Below, one piece after another: positions 51,447 through 64,000 of a DNA stretch of 64,000 bases. The translations under genes and the position numbers were made by a program. The stretch comes from Chrysomallon squamiferum (lineage: Eukaryota; Animalia; Mollusca): assembly GCA_012295275.1 (NCBI GenBank), contig CM022665.1, positions 26,288,001 through 26,352,000 on the forward strand, given 5' to 3'. Under the pieces are notes generated by a model. That model saw only the letters and a list, made by a program, of their open reading frames with translations, had not been told where the DNA came from and searched no databases. Position 1 is the first letter of the stretch; the number at the start of each line of letters is the position of its first letter.

Positions 51447-54400
51447 TGGTTTTAAAATGCTCCATCAAAACTGATTTTAGAAGCTTCTATTTTAACAGGT
51501 CCAGTGTATGAAAATAAATCATTTAAATTAATGAGTAGCCAGGCGTGCCAGCCATGTTGAAATCACTTTTATGTCTGAGGTTTAAGGACATTGTCCTTCT
51601 GCCTGCTGCTACCTGGTCCTATTTACCAGCCAGGAATCATTAATTACACAGTTCCATATCCTGTGTGTCCATGCAACCTTCATGTTACCCATGTAGAGAC
51701 CATTGCCTTGCTGTTCTCCATGGGGACCAATATTCTGAAATTATTGCAGTCTTGATGAATTTCCTAATAAAATTCAATATTGGTAATACTCTTTGACTTT
51801 TCTGTATTGTTTCTTTTTCTTTCTTTTTTTTCATAATTTCAGAAATTAAAAGGAATTTGAAACATAAATAGAATACAACAAATTTATAGATTCTGTAATT
51901 ATTGCAGACTAAATGAAGAATGTAATGTAAATGAAAATTCATAATATTGTAAGAATTTTTGGACTGTTCTGTTTTTTATCTCTGTTCAACAAGTAAATTG
52001 TAACAGCTGACTGAGTATTCTGAAGTGCAGTTTCAACTAAACAGAAAAAACAAAACAAAATAGAAAATGTATTAATGTTTGACTTTTTTCCCTGTTTATA
52101 TTTGTTCTCCTGACAAGGAATTTAAATCAAACACTTCATCACCATCTTAAAATGAACTTTCAGAAATTTGGAAATTGGAAATTACTGCATTTATTTTTTC
52201 AAAGGTACTAATATCAGTGTAAATTTATACTATTTCTTTTGATTTTTTGATTTTTTAAACTACTGCATCTTTAGCATCTCAACAAGGAATTAAGTAAAAA
52301 AATAAAACTGTATATAGGTTGATATGAGAATTCTGATTTGCAATTTCCAGTGAACTATGCTGTATCATTTCACCTGACAATGAACTTTTAAAACATGTAC
52401 ATTGTACAAGCTGATATGAAAATTCTGAAACTGTTATCTTAATGAAACTACAATAATGTTTAACTTTGTTTTTCTTATTGTCAGCAGCAAAATATTTTTT
52501 AAAACTAGTACAAACTGATTATAAGAATTCTGAAATGAAACTAAACATGTTTCAGCTAAAATTTGGAAATTTTAGTTGATTTTTTTTAAAGTATTGTTTC
52601 TTTGTTGTATTACCAAATCATATTCTTTGATACCCCTGCAAAGAATTTAAAACAAGTGGGCTACAAGTTGATCATAAGTATCATGACTGCTATTAATAAC
52701 TGCATGTAAGCAGATTTGCCGGACATGGGAACTGGCTGGAAATATCATCATAAAGAAAGTCAGACACAAGCTGCTTAGTCTGAATTCCATTGTACAATAA
52801 TTACAGTGTGGTTTGGACTGTAAGTCAGTGAATAGTCAATGGACTTACAACGTCTTACAATGTCTGCTCTCCAATTAGTCTTGTTTACGGCACTAAAATA
52901 CGAAACTGATTCCCAGCAGATTGCTTCACAAGTCAACCTGAGACAGACTATCTGAGTGAAAGAGGTGTTGGTTGCAGAGTAAATGTCTGCTTCAAACAGA
53001 AATGAGATAACTTGCAGAGGATGAAAAATAACAGTGTTTGATGAGCTGAACCTTATGTAGAAAACATACATAAAATGGTGACCACCCTGTGTATGTTTAA
53101 TAGACACATAGATTACATTTACTACCCTCTACAACAGATTAATGGCACTGAAATCAAATCTGTCTCTTTTAACTATTTGTAACTGACATTTTTCAGTAAT
53201 GACAAAAAAAAACAACAACAAAAAACATCCAATAGATCAATATTGGAACTTTTTTTCACTGAATATATATTTAAAAAGAGAAATTCTTTCTTCATTCAAC
53301 ATGAACAAACACAATTCTGTATAAACAAGACAGCACATACACTGCTTTTGATTATTTTTAAAGAAAAGTTCTGGTTACAAATATGTACACATCTCTAACA
53401 CAGAATACACACAGGTAACAATTCTCTTACTTGGATGTTATCGGAATTTAAAATGAATACCATCACTTCATAGTTGAATATTAGGAAATATAAATCTTAG
53501 GTTGTTTTTTCAAATTTTTGAAGGGGCTATGGTTAGAATGAAATCATTGTCATATATTATATACATGTTAATGTAATTTGTTTTTATTTATTTTGTTAAT
53601 GTTTTTGTTTGTTTGCTTTGTATATAAGTATTTAAGTCTGAAATGATAAGGTAAAGGATTTTTCCACGAACCTCTCTTTCTCGTCTGTGAATTATTGTTG
53701 ATTAATTTTTTTCTGTTCTTTCTCATACACAGTGAATCAAAATGTCATGTTTTTGGTGCACTGATAGAGACTACCACCATGAAGGGACTCCTCTGTTCAG
53801 ATCTGTACCAACAGACCTAAATATTTATACCCTTCACTGTATCTACATGACAGACATTTATGTGGCATGTGTGGTGAATCCTTTTTGACTTACTTTTAAT
53901 TTTGTGTATTTCATTATCAGTGGAATTATCATGGCCACAGGCATAGCTGGCAGGGCAGAGGTCATATATTAAATTTTAAGATTAATAAATCAGTCATCAG
54001 TTCATTTAACCTCTGATTACAACCAAAATAAAACTTAATAATTTAATAATGTCCTTAATGCCTGGGTCTTTGAGATTTTGCAGGCAACAGTTGTTGTTGT
54101 TGTTTTTCACATTCCTTATATTACAGTCAGTGCTATACAAAGTAGGTTTTTAAAAATAGAAAGAATAATAATATTAACTGGTTTAGAATTATTTATGACA
54201 ATTAAGGACCATAAGTGACCATAAAATTAATAAAATTAATACTCATGGGTAGTTATTTCATCATTTATTTTTATCATTTAGAAATTATTACATTATATGT
54301 AGGATTTGTTTAGGATTAAATATCTATTTAGATGAGATGTAGTTATTTCATGTTTGTATTTATAAAGTAGTTACTGTAGTCATATATATTTATAATTTAG

Positions 54401-55848
54401 TCATTATAATAATTTATATTTATAATCCAGTCATTTGAAGTCATTTATATTCATAATCTTATCATTTTAATCATTTATATTTATACTATAGTGTTTATTA
54501 CATCATATATAGTTATTTTAATATTCCTGTTTAATAATTTAATCATTATTACATCAAATATAGGATTTTATTTTTTTATTTTTTTCGAAAGATAAAGCAA
54601 GCAGGTATAAAACTGTCAAGTCAGAACAATATACTAAATCCAATTCCAGTCAGTGCTCCAAAACCCATTAATTAAAGAAGATATAGCTGAAAGCATTTGG
54701 TACCTAGTTTCTGCAATTAGAAAGCACCACCCATGGAGTGACTCAACCACATTTTCTGTGCTTAGCATCAAATTTGTTTTACATTTAACACCTGATAACG
54801 ATTAACATATTGATATGTTAAAGTGTTATTAAATATCTGTTCTTCAAATGATACAAGTTTAAATTATTTACAACAGCAATATTCTTTTATTCCATTCATT
54901 CCTTTTTTTCTTTTTTTTTTTTCAGTTTTTCTTTAAATTCCTTACATCAACAGATATTGTAAAATAAAAACAATAAGTATCTTACAGAAATATTATGACA
55001 ACCCCTGCAGATTAAGCCTTTTACTCCCACACATTAAGTACTACATGGGTATACAGAGTGCATTTTTAATGTCTTTTAGTATCAGATGCTTAAAGTTTAT
55101 GTAGAACTAAAGAGATATTTAACTTACAAGTTAATGTACAAGACAAATATATTTAAAGTATACGCTGAATTTCCATTTACATTGTTGTAGTTTTTTTCAT
55201 GAAATTTAATTTTTTTTTTTTTTTTTTTTTTTTTTCATTTACATATACTGTCTAATCTACTATTTATATTCCAGGAAATAAACTTTTGCATTCCACTTGC
55301 ACATAAAGTATTTAAATTTTTTTTTTAAAAGAAGTATTCAGACAAAGACTGGAGATATAATTGTTTACAGTTTAACACAATAATTAATGATTGCTAAAAG
55401 ACCTTTGACGTTACCTTTTTATTCTCTTGAGTAAATGAATTGCTTTTTATTTCCTTGTCAAACACTTACAATACTTTTTTATATCTTTAATTTCAAGCAG
55501 ATCTGAGACAGAACATTCAGCTCTTGTCATTCAACACAAAATTAACCATCTTTCTGACATCAAAAGGAATTATAAGAATACATGTATTAAAAATATATAA
55601 AAAAAAATAAAAAATATTTTCTCAGTTTTTCTTTGTTATTAAAAATCCAACAGAAATCTTAATAAAGAAAATATTAACTCAAAAGCAAGACTGAGATTTT
55701 TTAAAAGAATATTTACTAAGTGCATTTTCATGTAACTTCCTCCTTTAAAAAATTGACTCACTAATGCTGAATATGTTCCACAAGTGTCCTATGCTGTTGT
55801 CAATGAAGAGGTTAATCAGAGACAGTGTACTTGTGTTTTGTATTGCAG

Positions 55849-55967
55849 GAAATCTTGGAATGGTTCACATAGTGTAACATCTTTGAAGAGTGGTTTGGAC
55901 TCAGTGAGATCAATCTAAGTAAACAGCGTCTTTCATCACAATGGCTTCAGTTCACCTATAGCCTAGG
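55849..55967 (+). other. Candidate 119-nt exon (stops in all frames; probably UTR)
   Basis: Acceptor TTGTGTTTTGTATTGCAG| and consensus donor AGG|GTAAGT; exon-like composition. Confidence 0.6.
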
Positions 55968-56009
55968 GTAAGTAAAGTTTGATTTGTTTTTGTTTTGTGT
56001 TCTTACTGT

Positions 56010-56410
56010 ATATATCAAAGAACTGTATATGTTTCAGATAACTATTTTTGTGCCAAAGAACTGTCTGTTTGAAAAAACTGTGTGTGTAACAAAGAACTGT
56101 GTATGTCAAAGAACTGTGTTTGTCAAAGAACTGTGTGTCAGAGAACTGTGTGTAACAAAGAACTGCAACAAAGAACTGTGCATCAAAGAATTATGTCAAA
56201 ACATTGTGCAATAGAGAACTGTGTATGTCTATATATATGTGTGTGTGTGTGTGTATTAACAAGCCATGTGTATCAGAGAACTGTCTTTGTTGAAGAATAA
56301 TGTGTGTCAGAGAACTGTGATTGTCAAAGAACTGTTTGCATCAAAGAAAATGTGTGTATTAGAACTGTATGTATCATAAAACAGTGCCAATGAACTGTGT
56401 GTGTAAAGGA
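56010..56410 (+). repeat. Degenerate ~15-20-bp minisatellite (CAAAGAACTGTGTGT)
   Basis: AGAACTGT recurs more than 10 times. Confidence 0.9.
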
Positions 56411-57239
56411 ATGTGTGTTACTATGTCAGAACATGTTTGTGTTGTGTTTGCAATTTAAATGATCATTGTGTCTACATTAAAATAAAAAATGCATTAAAAA
56501 ATTAAGTTTTTGATAATTAATGAAAATGTAATGATTGTAAAATAAAATAACATTTTATTAATATATATCAGATAACTTTAAATTAAAAAAAATAATAATC
56601 TCAATTGAAATTAAATTAATTTCAAATAAAAAATTACTAAATGAAAATAAAAAATAAATTTTGTTTGTTTCTTTTTCATTAAAAAAAAAGACCAAAAAAA
56701 GACTAACTACTAAAGTTTAAAAATATTTAATTTAAACATTAACAAGCTTACACATAAAACTTTTATATTCCAAATTCTTCACTAGCTGCACTTTTCAACA
56801 GCAGTAATTGTTTACATAGCATTGACGTAAAGTTTAAAATTTAATGTCTACAAATATTTAAATATTTCATTTATCACACACTTCATATATAAAAGTCTGT
56901 ATTTAATAAGTCTGATGTTTGAAGATGCATATGTCACTTTATAAAGAAATGATATTTGATATCACTACAAAAGGAAAAGGAAATTTATGGACATTTAATA
57001 TGTTAATTTGACAGACAGTTGCCAAAATTAGTCAAGTTAGTAGTAAAAATACTAAACATCTTCTTAAAAACAGATTTAAAATGAGTTGACTTCAAGTAGG
57101 TTAACAAGTAGAATGAAATAAAACTCTAACACTGATGTGAAGATAGGTTGTATTTACTGAATAGCTTTGAAAATGTGTCAGAAAATGTCTTTAAAATGAA
57201 ATGAAATTACTGACAGTGTAAGGAAAACTCAGTATATTC

Positions 57240-57545
57240 TTCTATAAATGATTGTTAAATATCAATCATATTTTTCTTATATATATAGTATATTATATTA
57301 GTTACTGACACAAAAAAGTGAAAAAAGAAACCTGATGCTTCAGTTCACAATCTGTTCTTACTGATTAGCAGCAAATAACCTTTTTATTTGCACCTTCCCA
57401 TAAACAGCAATAAGTACACTGCAACAGATTTAATAAATATACAGTTTTGGTTGGAACAGGATGTAGCCTGACGAAGTGCACTAAAGAGTTTGAACCTGTG
57501 GGCTGTCCTATAACAAGACACAACACTAACCACTGAACGATATAA
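57240..57545 (-). mobile_element. Near full-length decayed Meta/MESC-type SINE, antisense
   Basis: Core AGAAACCTG…TACTGATTAGCAGCAAATAACCTTTTTATTTGCACCTTCCCATAAACAG; minus-strand tRNA head with A-box-like TCAGTGGTTAG and B-box-like GGTTCAAAC. Confidence 0.75.
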
Positions 57546-57854
57546 TACTTAATACAAGCTATTTCAAGTAGTTAGCTTGTTAACTACCCCTAAAATATGA
57601 AGAGACCCTCTCATTAGACACACCCAGTGAAGAATTTGTAGCATGGTACTTTTGACAGTTTTTCTGTCATGTGCATTATCAACACAGCATGTGTGGGGGT
57701 TTTTATGTTTGCATTTGTCCTGAAACTTTCAAAATGATGATCGTTTGGAGTGAGAGTTAAAGTTACCATCAGCTTCAGAAATATCATCTGATAGTGGCAT
57801 AGTTAGAATGTAAAATAAATGGCTGAAATATCAGAATATTTAACAAATATTTCA

Positions 57855-58030
57855 ACATCTGGAAAAGTTACTGCCAACGGTACAACTACTGTTACCACTA
57901 CTATCATTACTGCAACTACTATTGATGGTACTGCTGGTACTGCTACTACTTCTGTTGATACTATTAGTACTACTACCACTCTACTACCACCACTAATATT
58001 ACAATTACTGGTAGTACTACTACTACAAGA
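57855..58030 (+). repeat. (ACT)n-rich cryptic trinucleotide tract
   Basis: Directly visible. Confidence 0.85.
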
Positions 58031-58504
58031 ATTTCCACCACTATTTAAATAATATAACACTGTTCAACATGTAGTAAAATAAACCAAAACACCCCGCCAA
58101 AAAAACAAATAAAACAAATGGTAACATATACAGTGTAATTAGAAAACAAAACTGTATCTTAGCATAACAAATAAATAATGACTGAAAAATAAAGAACATG
58201 AGAACATCATCATCATTTACATTCCCATGACAATTTTTAAATTTATTGATTTGTTTCCTCATGAAGAAAACAATAATACACTCTACTACACAACTTCATT
58301 CATTCACAACCAGTAACAAACAGTTTAGCAAGATGCCAGAATGAATAAAAAAATCATTGATAGTGGGTGTCTAAGGAATGCGGTAAAAATAAGTGAAGAA
58401 ACTGATGTATGACTGAGATGCTGGTGTTTGACATATCAGTTACTGGGAGGAGAACATCCCAACACATTAACTGACAGCATCATCTCCACTCTCTAATCAC
58501 TACA

Positions 58505-59210
58505 AATGTGTCCTAGTCTACACAACAGAAATATCCTTGTCTACATCATAAGCAAATCCCTGTCTTCAATATAAACATATCCTGGTCTACACAAAAACAA
58601 AATTCCCCTGTCTACATTATAAACATATCCTTATAAATATTATACACATATTCCTGTCTTCTTTATAAATATATCCTAGCCTACACAACAAAGGAATCCA
58701 TTGTATAATCACTGTAATATATATATATATATATATATCATAGTCTACACACAAAATGTATCCCTGTCTGTATCATAAGCATATTCCCGTGTTCATTATA
58801 AACATATCCTAGTCTACACAACAAAGAAATCTACTTTATAATCACTATAAAAAATATCCTTCTCTACACATAAAACATATCTGTGTCTTTATTATAAACA
58901 TATCCTAGTCTAGACTTTAGACACAACTCTGACTATATTATTAAAATTTTCCAGTCTACAATATCAATGTCTACATATTCCCATAACATATATATTCCAA
59001 ACTATACAACATATCCATGTCTACATTATAAATATATTCCTTCATTATAAAGATATCCTTGTCTATACAGGAAACATATTTCAGTCAACAGCATAAACAT
59101 ATCCCTTTTTGCATAACAAATACATCCCAGTATATATGACAGATATATCCAAGTCTAAAAAGATATACTGGCTCTACAAACATGTTCTTAGCTACATCAA
59201 AAACAGATCT
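58505..59210 (+). repeat. Degenerate ~22-23-bp minisatellite (AAACATATCCCTGTCTACATTAT)
   Basis: ATATCC…GTCTACA recurs at ~22-bp spacing. Confidence 0.85.
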
Positions 59211-59884
59211 CTTCCAACATCATTAATATACCACTGTACACTCTACAGATATACTACAGATATATGTCTACTCTGCAAATATATTTCCGTCTACATTGAA
59301 GAGTATATACTACAGACTTATCTCTGTCCATACTGTTTACAGATATGTTCTATCCACATTTCAGATATATCTTTTCAAACAGGCCATCCAGCAACCTTTA
59401 TTTAGCATTCTTTTAAAATGTTAAGCAGTTTTGTTCATGGATTAAAAACGGGAATAAACAGAAAAGATAGTATTAATTGTTTGTGGTGTAGTTTTCCTGT
59501 GTTCTAACCACTGATATACAACTTAATCAGAATGCTATACTGAATTTGTAATAATGTTTAGCCACACTGTTTCACACTCAAATCAGTTGTGTGATTGTAT
59601 TCTCTAAAGAGATTAAAAATGTATCAGTATTTAAAATTTATACTTAAATAAGGTGATTCATATACCTGCCTTTGCAATACAAGTGCATTATATTTTATAA
59701 AACATATTATTTTCTATCTGCAGCTGTTACATTTTCTTTTTTTGTATTGTCATTATATGGTACATTCCTAAATAAATCTCAATTATTTTAGTTAACTATA
59801 TTTTATATTCTAGGTAAGTTAAAATTGTTTTAATTGGGTACATGTTTCACTGGATACATATAACATTTTTCTTAGTTTTTCGGT

Positions 59885-59889
59885 GTGCA

Positions 59890-59925
<36 letters not shown>

Positions 59926-60065
59926 CCTGTGTATATGTGTATGTGTAGATGCATGTATGTCTGTACATGCACTGTATATATGTGTATGTACGTCTATGTT
60001 TGAACATATGCATCTTTGTATGTATGTATATGTGTGTGTGTGTATGTTTGTATATGTCTATGTAT

Positions 60066-60103
<38 letters not shown>

Positions 60104-60110
60104 ACACACA
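59885..60110 (+). repeat. TG-rich microsatellite block
   Basis: Directly visible. Confidence 0.9.
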
Positions 60111-60317
60111 CATTTATATTATGAATCAGTTTCATTCTTTGTTTACTGTTTACATTATGAATGTATTTATCCACTTGTTTTTTGTTGTGTTGCATCCACA
60201 CAGAAACCTCCACTGTATGCAGTTTAAACTGACAATGTGTCAGTATTACACAGATCTGATGTACACCAGCAGCTGAACAAATTCATGATATTCTTTATCC
60301 TCTTGTTTCCTCTGCAG

Positions 60318-60449
60318 CTGTGTTATCTGTGTGTACACAGCCACATATGCAGTAACATTTGATAACGCACATCATATCCTACCTACTGCATACTAGTTTT
60401 TCTTGTACACATGTGTACTGCTATATCAGAACTCAATTACGTTGTTGAG
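60318..60449 (+). other. Candidate 132-nt non-coding exon
   Basis: Strong acceptor TTCTTTATCCTCTTGTTTCCTCTGCAG|; donor GAG|GTAAAT; stops in all frames. Confidence 0.35.
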
Positions 60450-63400
60450 GTAAATACAAGTAGAAAACAATATGTACACTGGCTGTCAGGAAAGTACAAC
60501 TAAGATTTTTTTTGTCTCTTTTTTTTTTTTTTTTGTAATTGTGGGTGGAGATTATATGTAAGTGGTGTGTTAAAAATTAAATGTATTTATATTTCAGAAC
60601 ATTTCTCTTTTCTTTATTGTTTTTTTTTTTTTTTTTTTACCTTATTCTTTTCATTTCTGCTTCTTTATTTTCTGTTTTGGTGAAAAGCAGCTGCTTACAG
60701 TTTTAAACATATGTACTTAAATAAAACTATTGTTGAAAAGTATGTAGGTGTTATTATATGACTGGTTATCAGATCAGTCAACCTTTTTAAAATCCTGGCG
60801 AGTTATTTTTTGTTGTAGATCAAGCTCAAGAAAAAAGTTATTTTAAGTTTGATTGTTTGTTTTCTTCTGTTAATGAAGAAGTGATTCAGTGAAAGAATAA
60901 TGCTTGCTGTGGATTCCATGCAGCTATGTCATCACCTATTTTACAGTGACCTCAGGGATGTTTATGTTAACTTTATGTATTAACTAATATTGTTGATTAA
61001 CATACAATAAATTATTCGAATATGAATTAATAAGGATAATGAAAATCTCAGTTAAACCTTTCTAGATTTTGTTTTTTCTCTAATTCTGTATCCATATTTA
61101 TACATTTTCTCTCTTCTTTTCTCTTTCTCACAGTCTCTCTCAGCCTGTCCTTCTCTTTATCTCATTTTCTCTATCACTCTTTCTGATACACACTGAAGCA
61201 TGTTATTTATTCTTTAAAACTTTCAAGATTGTGGTTATATTATTATCTCTAACATAACTTTAATCATTAAGTAGGATTACTCATGGCACAAAATACACCA
61301 AGGTAAGATTCTGTAGCCTACCAATTCATTTGCATTATAAATAAATAACACTGCCACTGTGCTATAGGAATAGGAGCAAATGATTTACATTATAGGTAGA
61401 TAATACAGCTATAGCCACCTTGCTTGACAACATGGCAGCTGATATACACAGAAAAAGCTGATGTATATAAACACACATTGTTGCTGTCAGTGGATGTATA
61501 TAGAGAACATCTATCAAGTGTGAAAAAAACCAAGTCACTTTGTGCAGCAGTCTTGTAACACTGACAAATGTTGTGTTTGTAGAGCTTTATATATGAGAGA
61601 TGTTTGGAGATGTGAATGGCATTTTGAAGTATTATTTTTCTTTAACCTGTCTGTTAATTCAGTTATCTTATTCATTATGCGATTTTTCTGTTCTTGCATA
61701 TAAAATGTATGTAGTATTTTTTCTTTGAAGATCTCTTTAAGTCATTTGCCTTCTGAAAGAACAACTCAACAAACAAAACATAACAATAAATAAGACAGAA
61801 GGTAGAAAAAACAACCATTTCGGAGCCATATTTCATAGTCCCACCGCAGTCTTGACAAACAAACAAATGTAGGAAAAGAAAATAACCAAAAAAACCCACA
61901 AAAAAAACCCAACACAAATATCTATGATACAAATAAAACTGATAAAAACCCGTAGGAAAATATATGAAAAACAAATCTGGAAAAAAAAGAGAAAAAAAAA
62001 AGAAAGAAAATAAAACACCTCCTTAGACAGAAACAGTCCTGTGTTTTCTAAGCCTCTGTTGCTGTCTTTTTAAAAAAAAAAAAAATTTCTTTCAAAAATT
62101 ATTTACTCCCAGGCATAACTGACTTCAGAAAGAGAATTAATGTGTGTCCTTATGAATACTTCTTTGTGCTGATTTTATACACTGAAATACACATACCTTT
62201 AGATGACTGAAGGATAACGTATGCACCAGTTTTCACTGTTGATGATATATACAACCATAATGTTGTGGCATGTTGCTTTTACACACACCCACACACACAC
62301 ACCCACACACAGACACAGAGGCACACACATCTACATAACATGTATTTTATTACAAGTCTAGGTAATAATAGGGTATGCAATTTTTAAATTTAAAAACAAA
62401 AAGAAAGAAGCATCTCCCAAAAGTGACAACAAAACTGATTCAAAAACAGGACAAACAGCAGATAAATGATGTTCAGTTGTGTGCACCATTCAAAATCTGT
62501 ATTAAGTAATCTACTTCATCTACCAGATTTCTGATTGGCTTCTAAATTACCTAACCAAACTAAACTGTTTTCTGTTAGAATACTCTGTTATTTCATCCCT
62601 GCATTTTTCTTACATGTATATATATGTGTGTGTGTATGCATGTGTCTGTATATATGTGTGTATACACACACACACATATATACATGTTATTATATATAAT
62701 TATATTACATATTGAATAACATTAATATATTTTTAGATTTTCTTTCCTTCATTTTAACATTAGATCAAATTCATAGATAAATTAATGTCAACAAAAGAAA
62801 AGAGAAAAGAAAAACAAAAGCAATATAGAAATACAAGGACATGAAAGGAAAAACATGCAATAAAAATAAATAAACAAGCTATTTAGAAATATACTTCATT
62901 ATATTTTTATTAATGTAACACGTGTTTGGAATTATATGCCCTTGAATGCACACACAAATATGGATGATGTTTCAAAGGTTCCCTGGTTACCTGATAACTG
63001 CTGTTTGAAGATCATGTACCAGCAACTGATGTGAATTTGATTATATACTTGTTACCATCTGTTATAATGGCCTGCCTTGTTTATTTTCTGAATGTTTCTG
63101 GTATTGCTGCAATGACTGGCTTGTACAAATATGACTACGTTAACAACATAAATATGGCTGATGTTGGTTGCACTACTTGTTTGCAGATGTCAAGAATGAA
63201 ATTAAAGTAAATAAATAAAAAAATATGTAAGAATCAAATGAAGTAAAATAATGATGATAATTATGATGATGATGATGTTGACAGATGAAAATAACAGCAA
63301 AAATAATAATAGTTATAATGATAAAAACAGTTATAATGGTAAAAACAGCATGATAATACATTTTTTTTTTTAATAATAAATTAAAAAAACCAGCAATAAC

Positions 63401-64000
63401 CATGACAGAATTAAATAAATACACTGGAAAAAGAATTCATATATATATATATATGCATATTACTGAAAAGTGGTTACACTTCACATAAAAATATAAAAAC
63501 ATATGTTGTTTTGCTTCTTAATGGCTTTCCTTGAAATAAATCCTCAATCTATAAACAGTGGCAGCTAGCCATCAGTATTTGGCCATTTTGTCAGGTATAT
63601 TTGTGTATATCACCTGTGCCAATCTACATTAATTTGAAGAAGTTATAACAGATATGTTTTAAATGTACATTGGTAACAGCTGCCAGGTTATTGAAATATA
63701 TCATCACCACAAAAACCTCTCTATATAAAGGACCCATACTTGTATGTAAAGGGCACTGATGTCAGTAGAAAGGTATACAACCTTTATGTAATAGGTATAA
63801 ATATTTGTTTAATTGTTTCAAGGCTGTCTTCTGAATATATTTGTGTTGAGGTCTATGTTATAAATCCAGATGACAAAACAAAACTTTTTGATATAGCTTT
63901 TTTCTGGCAAAGGCAAACTAATACTAAGGTACTACCATAACTAATACTACTACAGTTACTACTACTGCCACTACTACTATTGCTGCCATAGCCACAACTA

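Noticed and set aside
52775-53107. 110-aa minus-strand ORF
   Set aside because: No recognisable motif, weak acceptor and no partner exons; not called as CDS.
57470-57545. tRNA-like A/B boxes
   Set aside because: No cloverleaf; it is the head of a SINE.

Overview
Very AT-rich, CpG-depleted eukaryotic (animal) genomic DNA, almost entirely intronic or intergenic. Several decayed tRNA-derived SINEs carry the Meta/MESC-type core (…GTGCATATAAAAGATCCCTTGCTGCTAAT…) and resemble gastropod SINEs I recall. The source is therefore most likely a mollusc, probably a gastropod (inference). No ORF in the supplied track looks like a known protein; most are translated microsatellites or low-complexity DNA. 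Supportable content: (1) probable last coding exons of an unidentified + strand gene at 1-1962; (2) a probable spliced minus-strand transcript at about 3450-7450 with two short canonical introns, arranged head-to-head with (3) a long + strand transcription unit starting near 7.4-7.5 kb, with several candidate short 5' exons and alternative promoters (about 31.0 kb and 39 kb) but no recognisable CDS in the window; (4) many tandem repeats, including a young 31-bp satellite with a 113-bp higher-order structure, a 41-bp perfect fold-back palindrome, a minisatellite carrying D-box motifs, and an old local duplication that retains a 90-bp conserved core. All exon calls come from splice signals read by eye and need RNA-seq. 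I found no prokaryotic-type system (CRISPR, operon) and cannot claim a new biological system.
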